Origin: Campylobacterales bacterium
Lineage (GTDB): Bacteria > Campylobacterota > Campylobacteria > Campylobacterales > JALSKU01
Direction: 5' to 3'
DNA length: 64,000 nucleotides
Assembly (NCBI GenBank): GCA_027044945.1
Contig: JALUBK010000038.1
Span: 8,635 to 72,634, forward strand
Part shown: piece by piece, positions 31,974 through 42,878 of the stretch
How the letters are laid out: every line of letters begins with the position of its first letter
How positions within the stretch are numbered: the first letter of the stretch is position 1
The notes under the pieces: model-generated
What the model was told of the DNA's origin: nothing
The model's database searches: none
The model's input: only the letters and a program-made list of their open reading frames with translations
Translations under genes and position numbers: made by a program

Positions 31974-33082
31974 GAGATTTCTTTAAAATAAACTTCATTA
32001 AATATTTTATTGGCTGTGCCATCATATTTTCTATCGTTCATTTCATCAAGTATTAACTCAAGAGCATTTAAAACCCAAGAAGCTTCATAAGGTTCAATAA
32101 TTCCCATATGATTAATACGAAAAAGATTTCCTTTTAAATGTTCTTGACCTCCTGCAATATTTACTTCATATTTTGTTTTAAGTATTTTTCTGATTTCGTC
32201 TGCTTTTTCATTATAAACCGCACTCATGGCAATTGCAGGATTTTTTGGATATATTTGAAATCCTATTGCCTTCAAAGCTTCCAAACTAGCTTTACTTCTT
32301 GCTTTTGTTCTTTTATAAAATTCATTTATTCCAATTTTATTGATTTTATCAAGCATTGCATTTAAGCCAATGATAATAGTAGTAGCCGCTGTCCATGCAG
32401 TAGAATTTTCTCTTTGTTTTTTAAGCTCTGTTGCAAGATTAAAATAATATCCAAAACTTCTTTTTTCTATCTTTTTTATAGCATTTTTACTTAAACCTAT
32501 CATAGACAATCCAGGAGGAAGCATAAAAGCTTTTTGACTGCCACTTAATAAAACATCTATATTGGTTGTATCTATTTTTTCAACACCAACTGCAGTAATA
32601 CCATCTGCTATTACAGTAATATCAGGATTTATCTCTTTAGCAATCTTAGCTACCTCTTCAACAGGATGTCTAAGCCCTCCTGCACTTTCGCAAACTTGAA
32701 TACATAAAGTATCTATATCTTTTTGATTTGTTAAAGCCTTTTTTATATCTACTGGATTAGCTGGAGTATTCCATTCATATTTAAGCTCAATCAACTCTAA
32801 CCCAAAAGCTTGAACTATTTTTCCAAATCTTTCTCCAAATTTACCAGCATTTATAGTAAGTGCTTTTTTTTGACAAAAATTTGTAACAGCTGCCTCCATA
32901 GCACCCGTTCCGCTTGAGCTTAAAAGCAAAACTTCATCCATATTAAAAATTTTACTTAATTTTTCTCTCACTTGTCTTAATATCTGCGAAAATTCCGGTG
33001 TTCTGTGATGAATTGTAGGCTCACTCATAGCCATTCTAATATCTTCACTAACCGCTGTAGGTCCTGGTGTTAAAAGTAACAT
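31970..33082 (-). CDS. Class V PLP-dependent aminotransferase (AGXT / serine-pyruvate / SerC-like)
   Basis: 370 aa. MLLLTPGPT...HR..EF N-terminus and PLP-lysine context SGSQKAF. Confidence 0.8.
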
Positions 33083-33097
33083 TTTATTATCTCTCCT

Positions 33098-35077
33098 TTA
33101 TATTTTCATTCCCTTGATTTCTGTTTTAACATAAGGTTTTCCAAACATTTCCATAGCTTTTTCTTTTATGTTTTTTATGGTAAAACCAAATTTTTTAAAC
33201 AACTCTTTTGCTGGAGCACTGGCACCAAAACTATGCATACAAATAACTTCATCTGCATATCTATACCATTCTATTCCGCTTCCAGCTTCCACTGCTAAAA
33301 CTTTAGTATTTTTGTCTATTACTTTATTTATGTATTCTTTTGATTGTTCGTTAAAAATTTCCATACAAGGAATACTTACAACATTTGCATTGATTCCTAC
33401 AAGCTCAAGATGACAAGCTGCTTGAAGAGACGGCATCAATTCGCTACCACTTGCTATAATAGTCAAAACTGCATTTTCTCTTTTTGTCACCAAATAACCT
33501 CCGTTTTCTATCTCCCCATATGCTCTAAAAGGTTTTAAAGTTTTTAAATTTTGACGACTCAAAACAAAACCACTAGGAGCATTAAGATTTAATGCCACTT
33601 TCCAACAAGCAACATTTTCACTTGCATCTGCTGGTCTAAATAGATAAAAATTTGGCAATGCTCTAAATTGGCTTAATTGTTCTATAGGCTGATGTGTAGG
33701 ACCATCTTCTCCAACACCTATACTGTCATGGGTCCATATAAAATATCTTTTCAATCCCATTAATGCAGAAAGTCTAACTGCTGGCTTCATATAATCGCTA
33801 AAAATAAAAAATGTTGCATCAAACGGTAAAAATAAACCATATAGACTGATTGCATTAGTAATAGCAGCCATTGAATGCTCTCTGATACCAAAATGAATAT
33901 TTTTTCCGTTTGGAAAATCTCCCATATTGGCAAGATTTGTTTTATTAGAAGGCGACAAATCCGCACTTCCTCCTAAAAATCCGGGAATTGCTTTAGATAT
34001 TGCATTTAATATTTGATGATTGCTAACTCTTGTAGCTATTTCGCTTCCTGCTTCAAATTTTGGCCACTCAATTTTAGAAAAATCTGGATTTAAAAGAGTT
34101 TTTAATGTTTCATTTTGTTCCACCAAAGGTGCTTCATTTAAAAGCTTTTTCCACTCTCGTTCAGCCAAATCACCTTTTTCTATAGCACATCTAAATCTAT
34201 GTAAAACATCTTCGGGAATAAAAAATTTCTTTTTAGGATCAAAACCAGCTCTTTTTTTTGAACATTCTATATCTTCTTCTCCAAGAGGAGAACCATGTGC
34301 AGATGCTTTACCTTCATAAGAGCAAGAACCCTTTGCTATAATAGTATGAGCTATGATAAGAGTAGGTTTTTTTTGATCATTTAAAAGCTCAAAAGCTCCA
34401 TCAATCTCTTCATAATCATGCCCATCAACTTCTATAACATTCCAATTTTGAGCTTCAAATCTTTTTTTTACATCTTCGCTCCAAGCCAATGAAGTATCTC
34501 CTTCTATTGTTATATGATTTGAATCATATAACAAAACTAAATCTTCAAGTTCATTTCTACCGGCCATAGCACAAGCTTCGTAGCTAATTCCCTCTTCCAA
34601 ATCTCCATCACCGCAAAAACAATAAACTTTATGATTTATAATTTTTGCTGTTTCGCTATTTAATAATTTTTTAGCATATTTACAAGCCATAGCAAAACCA
34701 ACCGCATTTGCCACTCCCTGTCCAAGAGGACCTGTTGTTACTTCAATGCCTGGCACTTCACCATATTCTGGATGACCTGGTGTTTTAGAATCAAGTTGTC
34801 TAAAATTCTTTAAATCTTCTATTGATATATCATATCCACAAAGATGCAAAAAAGAATAAATCATGGCACTCGCATGACCTCCACTAAAAACCAATCTATC
34901 CCTATTTAACCATTTTGGATTTTTAGGATTATGACTTAATCTTTCAGATAACACAGTAAGAACATCAGTTATGCCCAAACAAACACCAGGATGTCCGCTA
35001 TTGGCTTTTTGAATCATATCAACACTTAGAAATCTTATAGTATCTGCCATTTTTTTTAACATTTGTTTATTTTCCAT
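33098..35077 (-). CDS. tkt: Transketolase
   Basis: 659 aa; RFLSVDMIQKANSGHPG, GDGDLEEGISYEA and HDSIGVGEDGPTHQPIEQL motifs. Confidence 0.97.
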   Translation of the reverse strand: MENKQMLKKMADTIRFLSVDMIQKANSGHPGVCLGITDVLTVLSERLSHNPKNPKWLNRDRLVFSGGHASAMIYSFLHLCGYDISIEDLKNFRQLDSKTPGHPEYGEVPGIEVTTGPLGQGVANAVGFAMACKYAKKLLNSETAKIINHKVYCFCGDGDLEEGISYEACAMAGRNELEDLVLLYDSNHITIEGDTSLAWSEDVKKRFEAQNWNVIEVDGHDYEEIDGAFELLNDQKKPTLIIAHTIIAKGSCSYEGKASAHGSPLGEEDIECSKKRAGFDPKKKFFIPEDVLHRFRCAIEKGDLAEREWKKLLNEAPLVEQNETLKTLLNPDFSKIEWPKFEAGSEIATRVSNHQILNAISKAIPGFLGGSADLSPSNKTNLANMGDFPNGKNIHFGIREHSMAAITNAISLYGLFLPFDATFFIFSDYMKPAVRLSALMGLKRYFIWTHDSIGVGEDGPTHQPIEQLSQFRALPNFYLFRPADASENVACWKVALNLNAPSGFVLSRQNLKTLKPFRAYGEIENGGYLVTKRENAVLTIIASGSELMPSLQAACHLELVGINANVVSIPCMEIFNEQSKEYINKVIDKNTKVLAVEAGSGIEWYRYADEVICMHSFGASAPAKELFKKFGFTIKNIKEKAMEMFGKPYVKTEIKGMKI

Positions 35078-35091
35078 ATTTTTCCAACCTT

Positions 35092-35946
35092 TTAATTTTT
35101 AAAATATTTTTCTATTATTTGAACAAATAAATTTGAAAGCTTAGAATCAAATTTATTTGCTTCTATTTCCAACTTTTTAACCATTTCATCTCTTGTTTGT
35201 AAAGCTTTATCTAAACCCAAAAGATTTACAAAAGAGTTTTTGTTTTCATCGTTACCTGTTGTTTTTCCAGCTTCTTTTTCATCTTCTGTTACATCAATAA
35301 TGTCATCTTGGATTTGAAACAAAAGCCCCAGTTGCTCACCAAATTTAAAAAGATTATTTTGTAATTTTTTATCCAATCCTACTATAATTGCACCCATTTT
35401 TAGGCTGACTGCTATTAATTTGGCAGTTTTGTGAATATGCAAAAATTTTAATTCTTCAAAATTCAAGATTTTATTTTCAAAATAACAGTCTATCGCCTGA
35501 CCAATTACCATTCCACCAATACCACCATAAAAAGACAATTCTTTTATCAGTTCTATTTTTACATCACTTCTTAAAGGTGCTTTTGAAATAATATAAAAAG
35601 CTTCAGTATTAAGAGCATCTCCGCTAAGTATAGCCGTTACTTCATCATATTTTTTATGCAATGTCTCTTCGCCTCTTCTTAGATCAGCATTATCCATAGC
35701 AGGCAAATCATCATGAATCAAAGAATAAGTATGCAAAAACTCAACTCCAAGAGCAACACTGTAAGCATTTTTCAACAAAAGAGGATTGTAAGCATCAACT
35801 ACACTCAATAATAAACGAGGTCTAAATCTTTTCCCACCTGCTAATAACATTTTTGACAAAGCATCATTAAAAATTGGATGAAAGCTTTCTACACTGGGAA
35901 TATTGGACCTTAAATATTTTTCAAAATCATCCATAAAATTATCCAA
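35092..35946 (-). CDS. ispA: Farnesyl diphosphate synthase (polyprenyl synthetase)
   Basis: 284 aa; first DDxxD region LIHDDLPAMDNADLRRG and second FQIQDDIID. Confidence 0.93.
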   Translation of the reverse strand: MDNFMDDFEKYLRSNIPSVESFHPIFNDALSKMLLAGGKRFRPRLLLSVVDAYNPLLLKNAYSVALGVEFLHTYSLIHDDLPAMDNADLRRGEETLHKKYDEVTAILSGDALNTEAFYIISKAPLRSDVKIELIKELSFYGGIGGMVIGQAIDCYFENKILNFEELKFLHIHKTAKLIAVSLKMGAIIVGLDKKLQNNLFKFGEQLGLLFQIQDDIIDVTEDEKEAGKTTGNDENKNSFVNLLGLDKALQTRDEMVKKLEIEANKFDSKLSNLFVQIIEKYFKN

Positions 35947-35947
35947 T

Positions 35948-36979
35948 TTATCTCCTAAAATTTACAAAAAATTGAAAATGATTTCTACTAAAAAGCAAAT
36001 AAATTCTATTTTTTTTCATTGTTGTTAAAAATTTTTTAATTGATTTGCGTGATTTTATAAAATAATTATTAATCTTTAATAATTTATCGCCCTTTTTAAT
36101 ACCCAGTTTATACATTAAAGAATTTTTCATCACATAAGAAACACTTAAGTTATATTTTAAATAAAGCCCTAATGTTTCCAAAAAAGTTTCCCCCAATATT
36201 TCACTGCTAACTCTTTTTTTCAATTTTATTATTTGAGCATATATATTTTTTCCTCTTTTATATTTTACAATAATTTTGCTTCCTATGGGCAAAAATAATA
36301 TATATTTATCTAATTGATTTAAATTTTCAAATTTTTTATTGTTTATAGAAATAATTTCATCATTTTTGTGCAAATAGATATGCTTAAAAAATGGATTTCT
36401 ATATTTTACAAAAATATTATTATTTTTTTGATAAAACCTTAAGCCACTATCAGCATATTTAATTTTTTTAGATTTTAAAAATCTTAATATAAAATCACTA
36501 TCTATAAAATTATTTTTACCAATACCCAATCCATAATCAGAACAACACACACAAGCAATCAAAGAATTTGAAGATACTGGTTTTTTTAAAACTGAAAAAC
36601 CATCAATACCATTTCCAAAATTTGATATTTCATTTAAATGATAATTTTTATGATTTATAACAGCTACTTTTTTATATTTACAAATTGTTTTTAAACTAAA
36701 AGATTTGAATTTAACAGGCTTATGTTCTTTTTTGGAATAAAATAAATATAATCCCAAAAAAGGATCTCTTTTGATATAATTTTTAAGATGTTGTTTTGAA
36801 TATAATAATATTTTATGTTTTGAAATCGCTATAGCATATTTATCTTTTATTTTCACAAAAGAATTTATATTTCTTTTATAACAAGTTTTAAAGTCCTGTT
36901 TTATAGGTTCAATACCAGTTGAAAATAAATATTGAACAAAGCAAAGTAACAATATAAGAATTTTTACAATATTCTTCAT
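35948..36979 (-). CDS. Periplasmic protein with PDZ-like C-terminal segments (Cj1643-like position)
   Basis: 343 aa with a signal peptide. PDZ-like stretches (NDEIISINNKKFENLNQL; GIKKGDKLLKINN). The tkt-ispA-PDZ-ybaB order matches what I recall in C. jejuni. Confidence 0.5.
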   Translation of the reverse strand: MKNIVKILILLLCFVQYLFSTGIEPIKQDFKTCYKRNINSFVKIKDKYAIAISKHKILLYSKQHLKNYIKRDPFLGLYLFYSKKEHKPVKFKSFSLKTICKYKKVAVINHKNYHLNEISNFGNGIDGFSVLKKPVSSNSLIACVCCSDYGLGIGKNNFIDSDFILRFLKSKKIKYADSGLRFYQKNNNIFVKYRNPFFKHIYLHKNDEIISINNKKFENLNQLDKYILFLPIGSKIIVKYKRGKNIYAQIIKLKKRVSSEILGETFLETLGLYLKYNLSVSYVMKNSLMYKLGIKKGDKLLKINNYFIKSRKSIKKFLTTMKKNRIYLLFSRNHFQFFVNFRR

Positions 36980-36982
36980 TAT

Positions 36983-37294
36983 TTATTTTTCAATGCCTCC
37001 AAGAGAGCCTAGCATTTTAGAAGCAATAAATTTTTTATTTTCTTCAACCATTTTCAACACATCATTAATGCCGCTTATTAATAAAATTTGCATAGATTCT
37101 TTATCTTCTAGCAAAGAATCATCTATAAAAATATCAATAATTTCACCATTTCCATTTGCACTGACTTTAACAAGACCGCCACCACTTTTGGCAATAAATT
37201 CTTTATTTTTACTTTCTTCTTCCATTTTTTTTGCTTGATCTTGAACCTCTTTTAACATATCACCCATTTTACTAAAATCTATATTTTCAAACAT
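36983..37294 (-). CDS. ybaB: YbaB/EbfC family nucleoid-associated protein
   Basis: 103 aa; M..M.KQAQ.MQE-like N-terminus followed by SGGGLVKV...G.GE...I.ID.S. Confidence 0.85.
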   Translation of the reverse strand: MFENIDFSKMGDMLKEVQDQAKKMEEESKNKEFIAKSGGGLVKVSANGNGEIIDIFIDDSLLEDKESMQILLISGINDVLKMVEENKKFIASKMLGSLGGIEK

Positions 37295-37652
37295 ATCTTT
37301 TTATTTCCTTGATTTTATTTTTTTTATTTACAAAAAGCACAGACGGTTTAAATTTTTTCATCTCTTTTTTAGTTAAAGATGCATAAGCGATAATAATAAT
37401 CTTATCTCCAATCTCTACTTTTCTAGCTGCTGCACCATTTAAACAAATCACTCCACTATTTCTTTTACCAGATAAAACATAAGTAGCAAATCTTTCTCCG
37501 TTATTAATATTTACTATTTCTACTTTTTGTCCTACTTTTAATTTTGCTTTTTCAATAAGCTCTTTATCTATTGTTATAGAACCGATATAATTTAAATTTG
37601 CCTCTGTAACTGTTGCTCTGTGAATTTTACTATAAAGCATCATAATTTGCAT
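37287..37652 (-). CDS. panD: Aspartate 1-decarboxylase
   Basis: [21 protein letters not shown] contains the G-S self-cleavage site. The start is ambiguous among three ATGs at 37652, 37643 and 37640. Confidence 0.92.
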   Translation of the reverse strand: MQIMMLYSKIHRATVTEANLNYIGSITIDKELIEKAKLKVGQKVEIVNINNGERFATYVLSGKRNSGVICLNGAAARKVEIGDKIIIIAYASLTKKEMKKFKPSVLFVNKKNKIKEIKRYV

Positions 37653-37722
37653 GTTTTTATTCCTATAATAATATAAAATACATTATTATATCAAAATAAA
37701 ACTTTAAAAAGAAACAAGAAGC

Positions 37723-37757
37723 ATCCAAAACGAATTGAAGAAAACAGTATTTTGGAT
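37723..37757 (-). terminator. Possible terminator hairpin after the kinase / CheY-like operon
   Basis: 8-bp inverted repeat ATCCAAAA...TTTTGGAT with a 19-nt loop, followed on the minus strand by a T-rich tract. Lies in the 180-nt gap before panD. Confidence 0.25.
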
Positions 37758-37832
37758 ATTTATATTGTAAATAATTTGGTCAAAAAATAGTAGTTCAAGT
37801 CACGAAATTTATAAAAACAAAAAAGTATATTT

Positions 37833-38216
37833 TTAATACAAATCTTCTATTAATTTGTTTATCTTTTCATTTAAAATATGTTCTCTGATAGGTTTTACAA
37901 GAAAGTCATATATACCTTTATCGCTAACTTCATATTTTTTGCTTTCGTCAGTTGTCAAAACAATAACTGGTATGTTTTTAAAATTTTCATCTGCTGTAGT
38001 ATAATCTAAAAATTTACTTCCATTCATTACTGGCATCATCATATCAAGAAGTATTAATTGTATATCTTGGTGCTCTCTCAAAACTTTTAAAGCTTCCAAT
38101 CCATTAGAAGCTTCAAAAACTTGATTTACATTTTCATTTTTTTTTAATATTGAACTTACCAATTTTAAATTTATAAAATCATCATCTACTGAAAGCACAT
38201 TTATTTTTTTGCCCAT
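37833..38216 (-). CDS. Single-domain CheY-like response regulator
   Basis: 127 aa. REC motifs (VLSVDDD, LILLDMMMP.MNG, VLTT, FL.KP). Confidence 0.88.
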   Translation of the reverse strand: MGKKINVLSVDDDFINLKLVSSILKKNENVNQVFEASNGLEALKVLREHQDIQLILLDMMMPVMNGSKFLDYTTADENFKNIPVIVLTTDESKKYEVSDKGIYDFLVKPIREHILNEKINKLIEDLY

Positions 38217-38220
38217 TTTT

Positions 38221-41200
38221 TTACCTTATATATTTCTCTAAAATTTCATCTATTTTTTGCTTATTGATAACTTTTCCTATTACCTCATCAGCTTCAGACA
38301 AGCTATCTTCTTCATTGTCGGCAAATTCCACAAGAATACTCCTTTGCCCTCTTTCTCGCTCCATTTTATCAACTTCTTCTATAATATCTTCTGTATCTAC
38401 AAACTCTATTGTTTCATCAAACATAATTATTTTATAATGATAAGCTTCCATATTGATTATAAATTCATCATAGTTGGTAACAAAATCAGATGTATAACCT
38501 TTTTCCAAAATAATATTATTCAAAATTTTAGTCTCTATCTTATTGTTTTTAAATATTAAAACATCTTTGGTCGCAACATCACTTTTGTTTTCTTCAAAAT
38601 CATTATAATCGAAATTACTCTCATATTTATCTTCTTCATCATTAGAAGCTATGTCATAAAAATTATCATATTCAAGTTGCTCTTCTTTTAACTCTTTGTT
38701 TTGATTAATATCAAAATCTAAAAACATCTTTAATACTTTTTCAATATCTGCTTTTCTTAAAGGCTTAGAAACATATTCATCTAACCCTTCTTTTAAAAAT
38801 GTTTCCCTATCTCCTGCAACAGCATTTGCGGTTAATGCAATAATTGGAGTATGAGGCAAATTATTTTGATTTTCATATCCGATAATAGCATGAGTCGCAT
38901 CAATACCATTCATAATAGGCATAGCTATATCCATAAATATTATATCATACTGATTTTTTCTATACATATCTAAAGCCTCTTGCCCATTATTAACTATTGT
39001 TACTTTAAATCCAAAATTATTCAATGTTTTTTCAATCAATTTTTGATTTATCGCATTGTCTTCTGCAACAAGAATATTAATATCAGTGTTTTTTGTTTTT
39101 GGCTTCTCTTTTTTTATTCTTTGTGTAAAAACTTCCTCTTTTAAAACCTCTTTTTGTTTCTCAACTGGCTTTTTTATTTCATTGGTTAAAAATTCTTTTT
39201 GCTCATTTTCCTTTTTTTCTTCTTCATGTTTATTTATAATATCAACATTTTTTTTCATATTTTCTATTTTACTTATAGTATTATCTTTTTTATATTCAAC
39301 GGACTCGTCATAACTATTTTTCTCATAAAATTTTTCTTCTAAAAATGTTTTTAAAATAAATTCAATATTGTCTAATTTAATAGGTTTTGTAACATATTCA
39401 TCAAAACCTTCATTCAAAAATCTTTCTCTATCTCCTTGCAGTGCATTTGCAGTTAGTGCAATAATTGGAGTATGTTTAAGTTTTCTGTCAAGTTCATAAT
39501 TCAAAATAGTTTTAAGAGCCCTGACTCCGTCCATGATAGGCATAGCAATATCCATAAAAATTAAATCAAATTTTCTATTTTGAAACTCTTCTACTGCTTC
39601 TTGCCCATTATTTGCAAGAACAATCTTTGCTCCAAATTTTTCAAGAGTTTTTTTGATAAGTTTTCTATTTATTTCATTATCTTCTGCTACCAAAATTTTA
39701 ATACCTTTTTCTTCTTTGACAAATTCTTTTGGTTTTATTTCGATCGTTTGTTTTTTGCTTTGATTATCATTTTCTTTTTCAAGCTCTTTTTTAAACTCCT
39801 CGATTTTTGGAAGAAACTCTTTTTGTTTTTCAAGAATATTATTTAATTTGGTAACATTTATTGGTTCATATAAAGGTTTTATAAGGTTAGAAGTATATTT
39901 ATCCACATCATTTTTCATTGATGATTTTAAAATTATAATTCCAGGAATTTGTAATTTTTTATATTTTTCTATATCTTCTTCTTTTATGAAATCAACATCA
40001 AGAATTAAAAAATTTATATTTTTTCTATAAATAAGCTTTTTTATCTCTTGTTCTGCATAAAAAAATTCTACACTACATCCAAAATATTTTAAATAATCAT
40101 GTGTATATTGTGCATGATTTTTTCTATTCATTTCACTTGACAATAAAGCACATTTATATTGGGAGAATTTATTTTTAGTGCTTTCTTCGTTTGACGGAGA
40201 TTCGTTAAATTTAAGAGTAAAGAAAAATTTTGTTCCTTCTCCTTCAACACTTTCTAAATCAAGTTTACCTCCCATCATAGCTATATATTTTGAAGATATT
40301 GTAAGTCCTAAACCTGTTCCACCATATTTTCTGGTAATTGTAGAATCAGCTTGAGAAAAAGCATTAAAAATTGTTTTAATCTTATCTTTAGAAACACCGA
40401 TGCCATTGTCATGAACAGAAAATCTAACTTTTGTTTTACCAAATTCATCAACTTCGCTAACTCTTTTAATTTCAACATCAATTTCTCCATCAATAGGAGT
40501 AAATTTAATAGCATTACTTAAAAGATTGACTAAAACTTCTTTTATTTTTGTTGGATCTCCACTTAAATAATTATTCAAACTAGGATCCATGTAAAAACAT
40601 AATTTAATATTTTTTTCTGCGGCTTTTGCACCAAAAACTTCTACTGCATGTTCAAATTCATCTATAGGGGAAAATAATATCTCTTCTATCTCGACCTTAT
40701 CGCTTTCTATTTTTGACAAATCCAAAATATTATTTATAATATCAAGAAGATTATCAGAACTTTTTTCTATAACATCAACAAACTCTTTTTCTTCATCGCT
40801 AAGATCTGAATTTTTTAGAAGTTCTGTAAAACCAATGATTCCATTTAATGGTGTTCTAATTTCATGAGACATGTTTGCCAAAAATATACTTTTTGCTTTA
40901 GTTGCCTCCATTGCATCTTGTCTGTCTTGTTGAATTTGATCTATCGCTATTTCGATAATTTTATACCCTTTTTCAACATCTTCAATTGTTTGAAAATCAA
41001 TTTTTTCATCTATATCTGCTAATTGACCTACTTTTGAAAATAATTTTTCAAGTTCTCTAATGCCACCTCTTATGTATCTATCAATAAAAAATCCAATAAT
41101 CAATAAAAAAATAACCAAAATCAAGATACCGACTATTATAATCAGTTGAGGTCTAATTTGATTTGCCAATAAACTTGCTGTATCTGAGCTAATTGCCGAA

Positions 41201-42066
41201 GAAATAAAATCTTCTGCTTGATTTAAAAGATTTATTTTTATATTCATCAACTTAAGCCATTTGGATAAACTAATATTATAATTACCTGTATTATCTCCAT
41301 TAATAATTTTAATTTTTGAGTTTATTATGGCTTTATATACATTTTTTGATCCTATATTGTGAAAAAGAACAAAAAGTCTATTATTAAGATCTTGATTCAT
41401 TATCTCTGTGTTTAATGTTGTCAAATCTGGCAAACTAAATATTTTCATCCATTTAGAAAATTCATTCTTGTTTAAAGGTTTTCTTTTTGTTAAAATATAA
41501 GATATATAACCTTTTTCTTTTGAGCTTTTTTCTATTTCTTTTAATAAATTAATTTTAAGTGCATTTTCTGAAAATATTCTAGGAGTTTGTTGAATATTTA
41601 AAATCTTCTTATATTCTTTATATATATAAAAATTTATTTTAGAATAATAATTAAAAAACATTTTATTAAAAGAAATTTGTTGTTGATCCACAGCTTTTCT
41701 TATAAAAAATATTTTTGATAAATATTGAAAAATTCTTTTGCTTCTTATGTCAATAGATCTGTTTTTATAATAATCATCAAATTTTGTAATCGCCTGATTT
41801 GTTTCTTCTCTTTGTGCAATCAAAGAACTTTTTCCAAGTTTTTCTTTGCTTCCCATATATACTGCACTAAAACTTCTTTCTTTCCCTAAATTTAATAATA
41901 AATTTTTTAGAACTTTATCAGATTTAAGATTGTTTTCTATTTTTATATTGTTTTGATATTGATCGTAAGTTTGATATGCAAAATACAAAGACAAAACAAG
42001 AAGCAAAGACAGTGGGAATAAACTTATAAGCTTTAAACTAGAGCCAGTATTTAATTTTAATTTCAT
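38221..42066 (-). CDS. Giant hybrid sensor histidine kinase: NIT-like periplasmic domain, TM, HisKA-HATPase, degenerate REC-like region, two tandem REC domains, C-terminal REC-like tail
   Basis: 1281 aa. NIT-like pattern: LLLNLGKERSFSAVYMGS...AQREETNQAI, with a second half ...SSKEKGYISYIL. TM at about residue 310. H-box FLANMSHEIRTPLNGI. G2 box GGTGLGLTIS. Two about 60%-identical REC domains (ILVAEDNEINRKL...FMDIAMPIMDG...ALTANA and ILVAEDNAINQKL...FMDIAMPIMNG...ALTANA). Confidence 0.85.
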   Translation of the reverse strand: MKLKLNTGSSLKLISLFPLSLLLVLSLYFAYQTYDQYQNNIKIENNLKSDKVLKNLLLNLGKERSFSAVYMGSKEKLGKSSLIAQREETNQAITKFDDYYKNRSIDIRSKRIFQYLSKIFFIRKAVDQQQISFNKMFFNYYSKINFYIYKEYKKILNIQQTPRIFSENALKINLLKEIEKSSKEKGYISYILTKRKPLNKNEFSKWMKIFSLPDLTTLNTEIMNQDLNNRLFVLFHNIGSKNVYKAIINSKIKIINGDNTGNYNISLSKWLKLMNIKINLLNQAEDFISSAISSDTASLLANQIRPQLIIIVGILILVIFLLIIGFFIDRYIRGGIRELEKLFSKVGQLADIDEKIDFQTIEDVEKGYKIIEIAIDQIQQDRQDAMEATKAKSIFLANMSHEIRTPLNGIIGFTELLKNSDLSDEEKEFVDVIEKSSDNLLDIINNILDLSKIESDKVEIEEILFSPIDEFEHAVEVFGAKAAEKNIKLCFYMDPSLNNYLSGDPTKIKEVLVNLLSNAIKFTPIDGEIDVEIKRVSEVDEFGKTKVRFSVHDNGIGVSKDKIKTIFNAFSQADSTITRKYGGTGLGLTISSKYIAMMGGKLDLESVEGEGTKFFFTLKFNESPSNEESTKNKFSQYKCALLSSEMNRKNHAQYTHDYLKYFGCSVEFFYAEQEIKKLIYRKNINFLILDVDFIKEEDIEKYKKLQIPGIIILKSSMKNDVDKYTSNLIKPLYEPINVTKLNNILEKQKEFLPKIEEFKKELEKENDNQSKKQTIEIKPKEFVKEEKGIKILVAEDNEINRKLIKKTLEKFGAKIVLANNGQEAVEEFQNRKFDLIFMDIAMPIMDGVRALKTILNYELDRKLKHTPIIALTANALQGDRERFLNEGFDEYVTKPIKLDNIEFILKTFLEEKFYEKNSYDESVEYKKDNTISKIENMKKNVDIINKHEEEKKENEQKEFLTNEIKKPVEKQKEVLKEEVFTQRIKKEKPKTKNTDINILVAEDNAINQKLIEKTLNNFGFKVTIVNNGQEALDMYRKNQYDIIFMDIAMPIMNGIDATHAIIGYENQNNLPHTPIIALTANAVAGDRETFLKEGLDEYVSKPLRKADIEKVLKMFLDFDINQNKELKEEQLEYDNFYDIASNDEEDKYESNFDYNDFEENKSDVATKDVLIFKNNKIETKILNNIILEKGYTSDFVTNYDEFIINMEAYHYKIIMFDETIEFVDTEDIIEEVDKMERERGQRSILVEFADNEEDSLSEADEVIGKVINKQKIDEILEKYIR

Positions 42067-42101
42067 AATATAGTCCTTTAACTAAATAAATTATACTAAT
42101 T

Positions 42102-42821
42102 TTAAATATGATTAAACAATTTAATCTCTTCTTTATAGATATCAAAAAATGTTTTCATATCTGCATAGTTTTGATTTTTTATATTTTTTTCCATATTTTT
42201 TAAAATAGGAATCAAATCATCAAATTTTAAATTTTGAGCCATGCTTATCAAAGTGGAAATAATATTTAAAATACTTTTATAATTATTTTCAGAAATTTTA
42301 TTTTCAATTTGTAAAATATATTTTTTATTTTCTTCTTTAAAATCCCTCAACAGCTCTTCAAAAAACTCTTCCTTAAGACCTAAATTTTGCATAAGCTCTG
42401 CTTTATTCAAATTTTTTTCTTCATTTAGCAAAGATTTTAAAATAAATTTTTCTTTTATACTTTTTCTTTCTCTTATTTTTTGTAAATTTACTTTTTTAAA
42501 ATTGGTAAAATCTATTCCGTATATAATTTTTATATTAACAACATTATTTATAGGAAAAATTTCGCTTATTGTTATTTCAGCTTCAATGGTTTCTCCATTT
42601 TTTTTGGGTATCAATACTTTATTTGCAGAATTTTTGGAAAAATTTATAAAATCCACCCATTCAAAATAATCAAATCTATAAAAATATCCCTCTTCTTTTA
42701 AAAATAGATTGCTTACATCGCCAATTTTATCATTAAATTCTTCTATATCTTGACATTCAAAAAGTGTTAAACTATTTTTATCGATTGCTAATAAATTATT
42801 GCACCCATCATAATATATCAA
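42102..42821 (-). CDS. Hypothetical signalling protein: PAS-like N-terminus plus C-terminal HPt-like four-helix region lacking the phospho-accepting His
   Basis: 239 aa. The C-terminal NYKSILNIISTLISMAQNLKFDDLIPILKNMEKNI fits the HPt pattern (..aHtLKGsa.nLG...L......E) with Ser at the His position. By-eye assignment only. Confidence 0.35.
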   Translation of the reverse strand: MIYYDGCNNLLAIDKNSLTLFECQDIEEFNDKIGDVSNLFLKEEGYFYRFDYFEWVDFINFSKNSANKVLIPKKNGETIEAEITISEIFPINNVVNIKIIYGIDFTNFKKVNLQKIRERKSIKEKFILKSLLNEEKNLNKAELMQNLGLKEEFFEELLRDFKEENKKYILQIENKISENNYKSILNIISTLISMAQNLKFDDLIPILKNMEKNIKNQNYADMKTFFDIYKEEIKLFNHI

Positions 42822-42878
42822 AATTACTCCTAAAACCTACATTTTACAAATTGTAACTTAAATAAGATTAAAATAATA

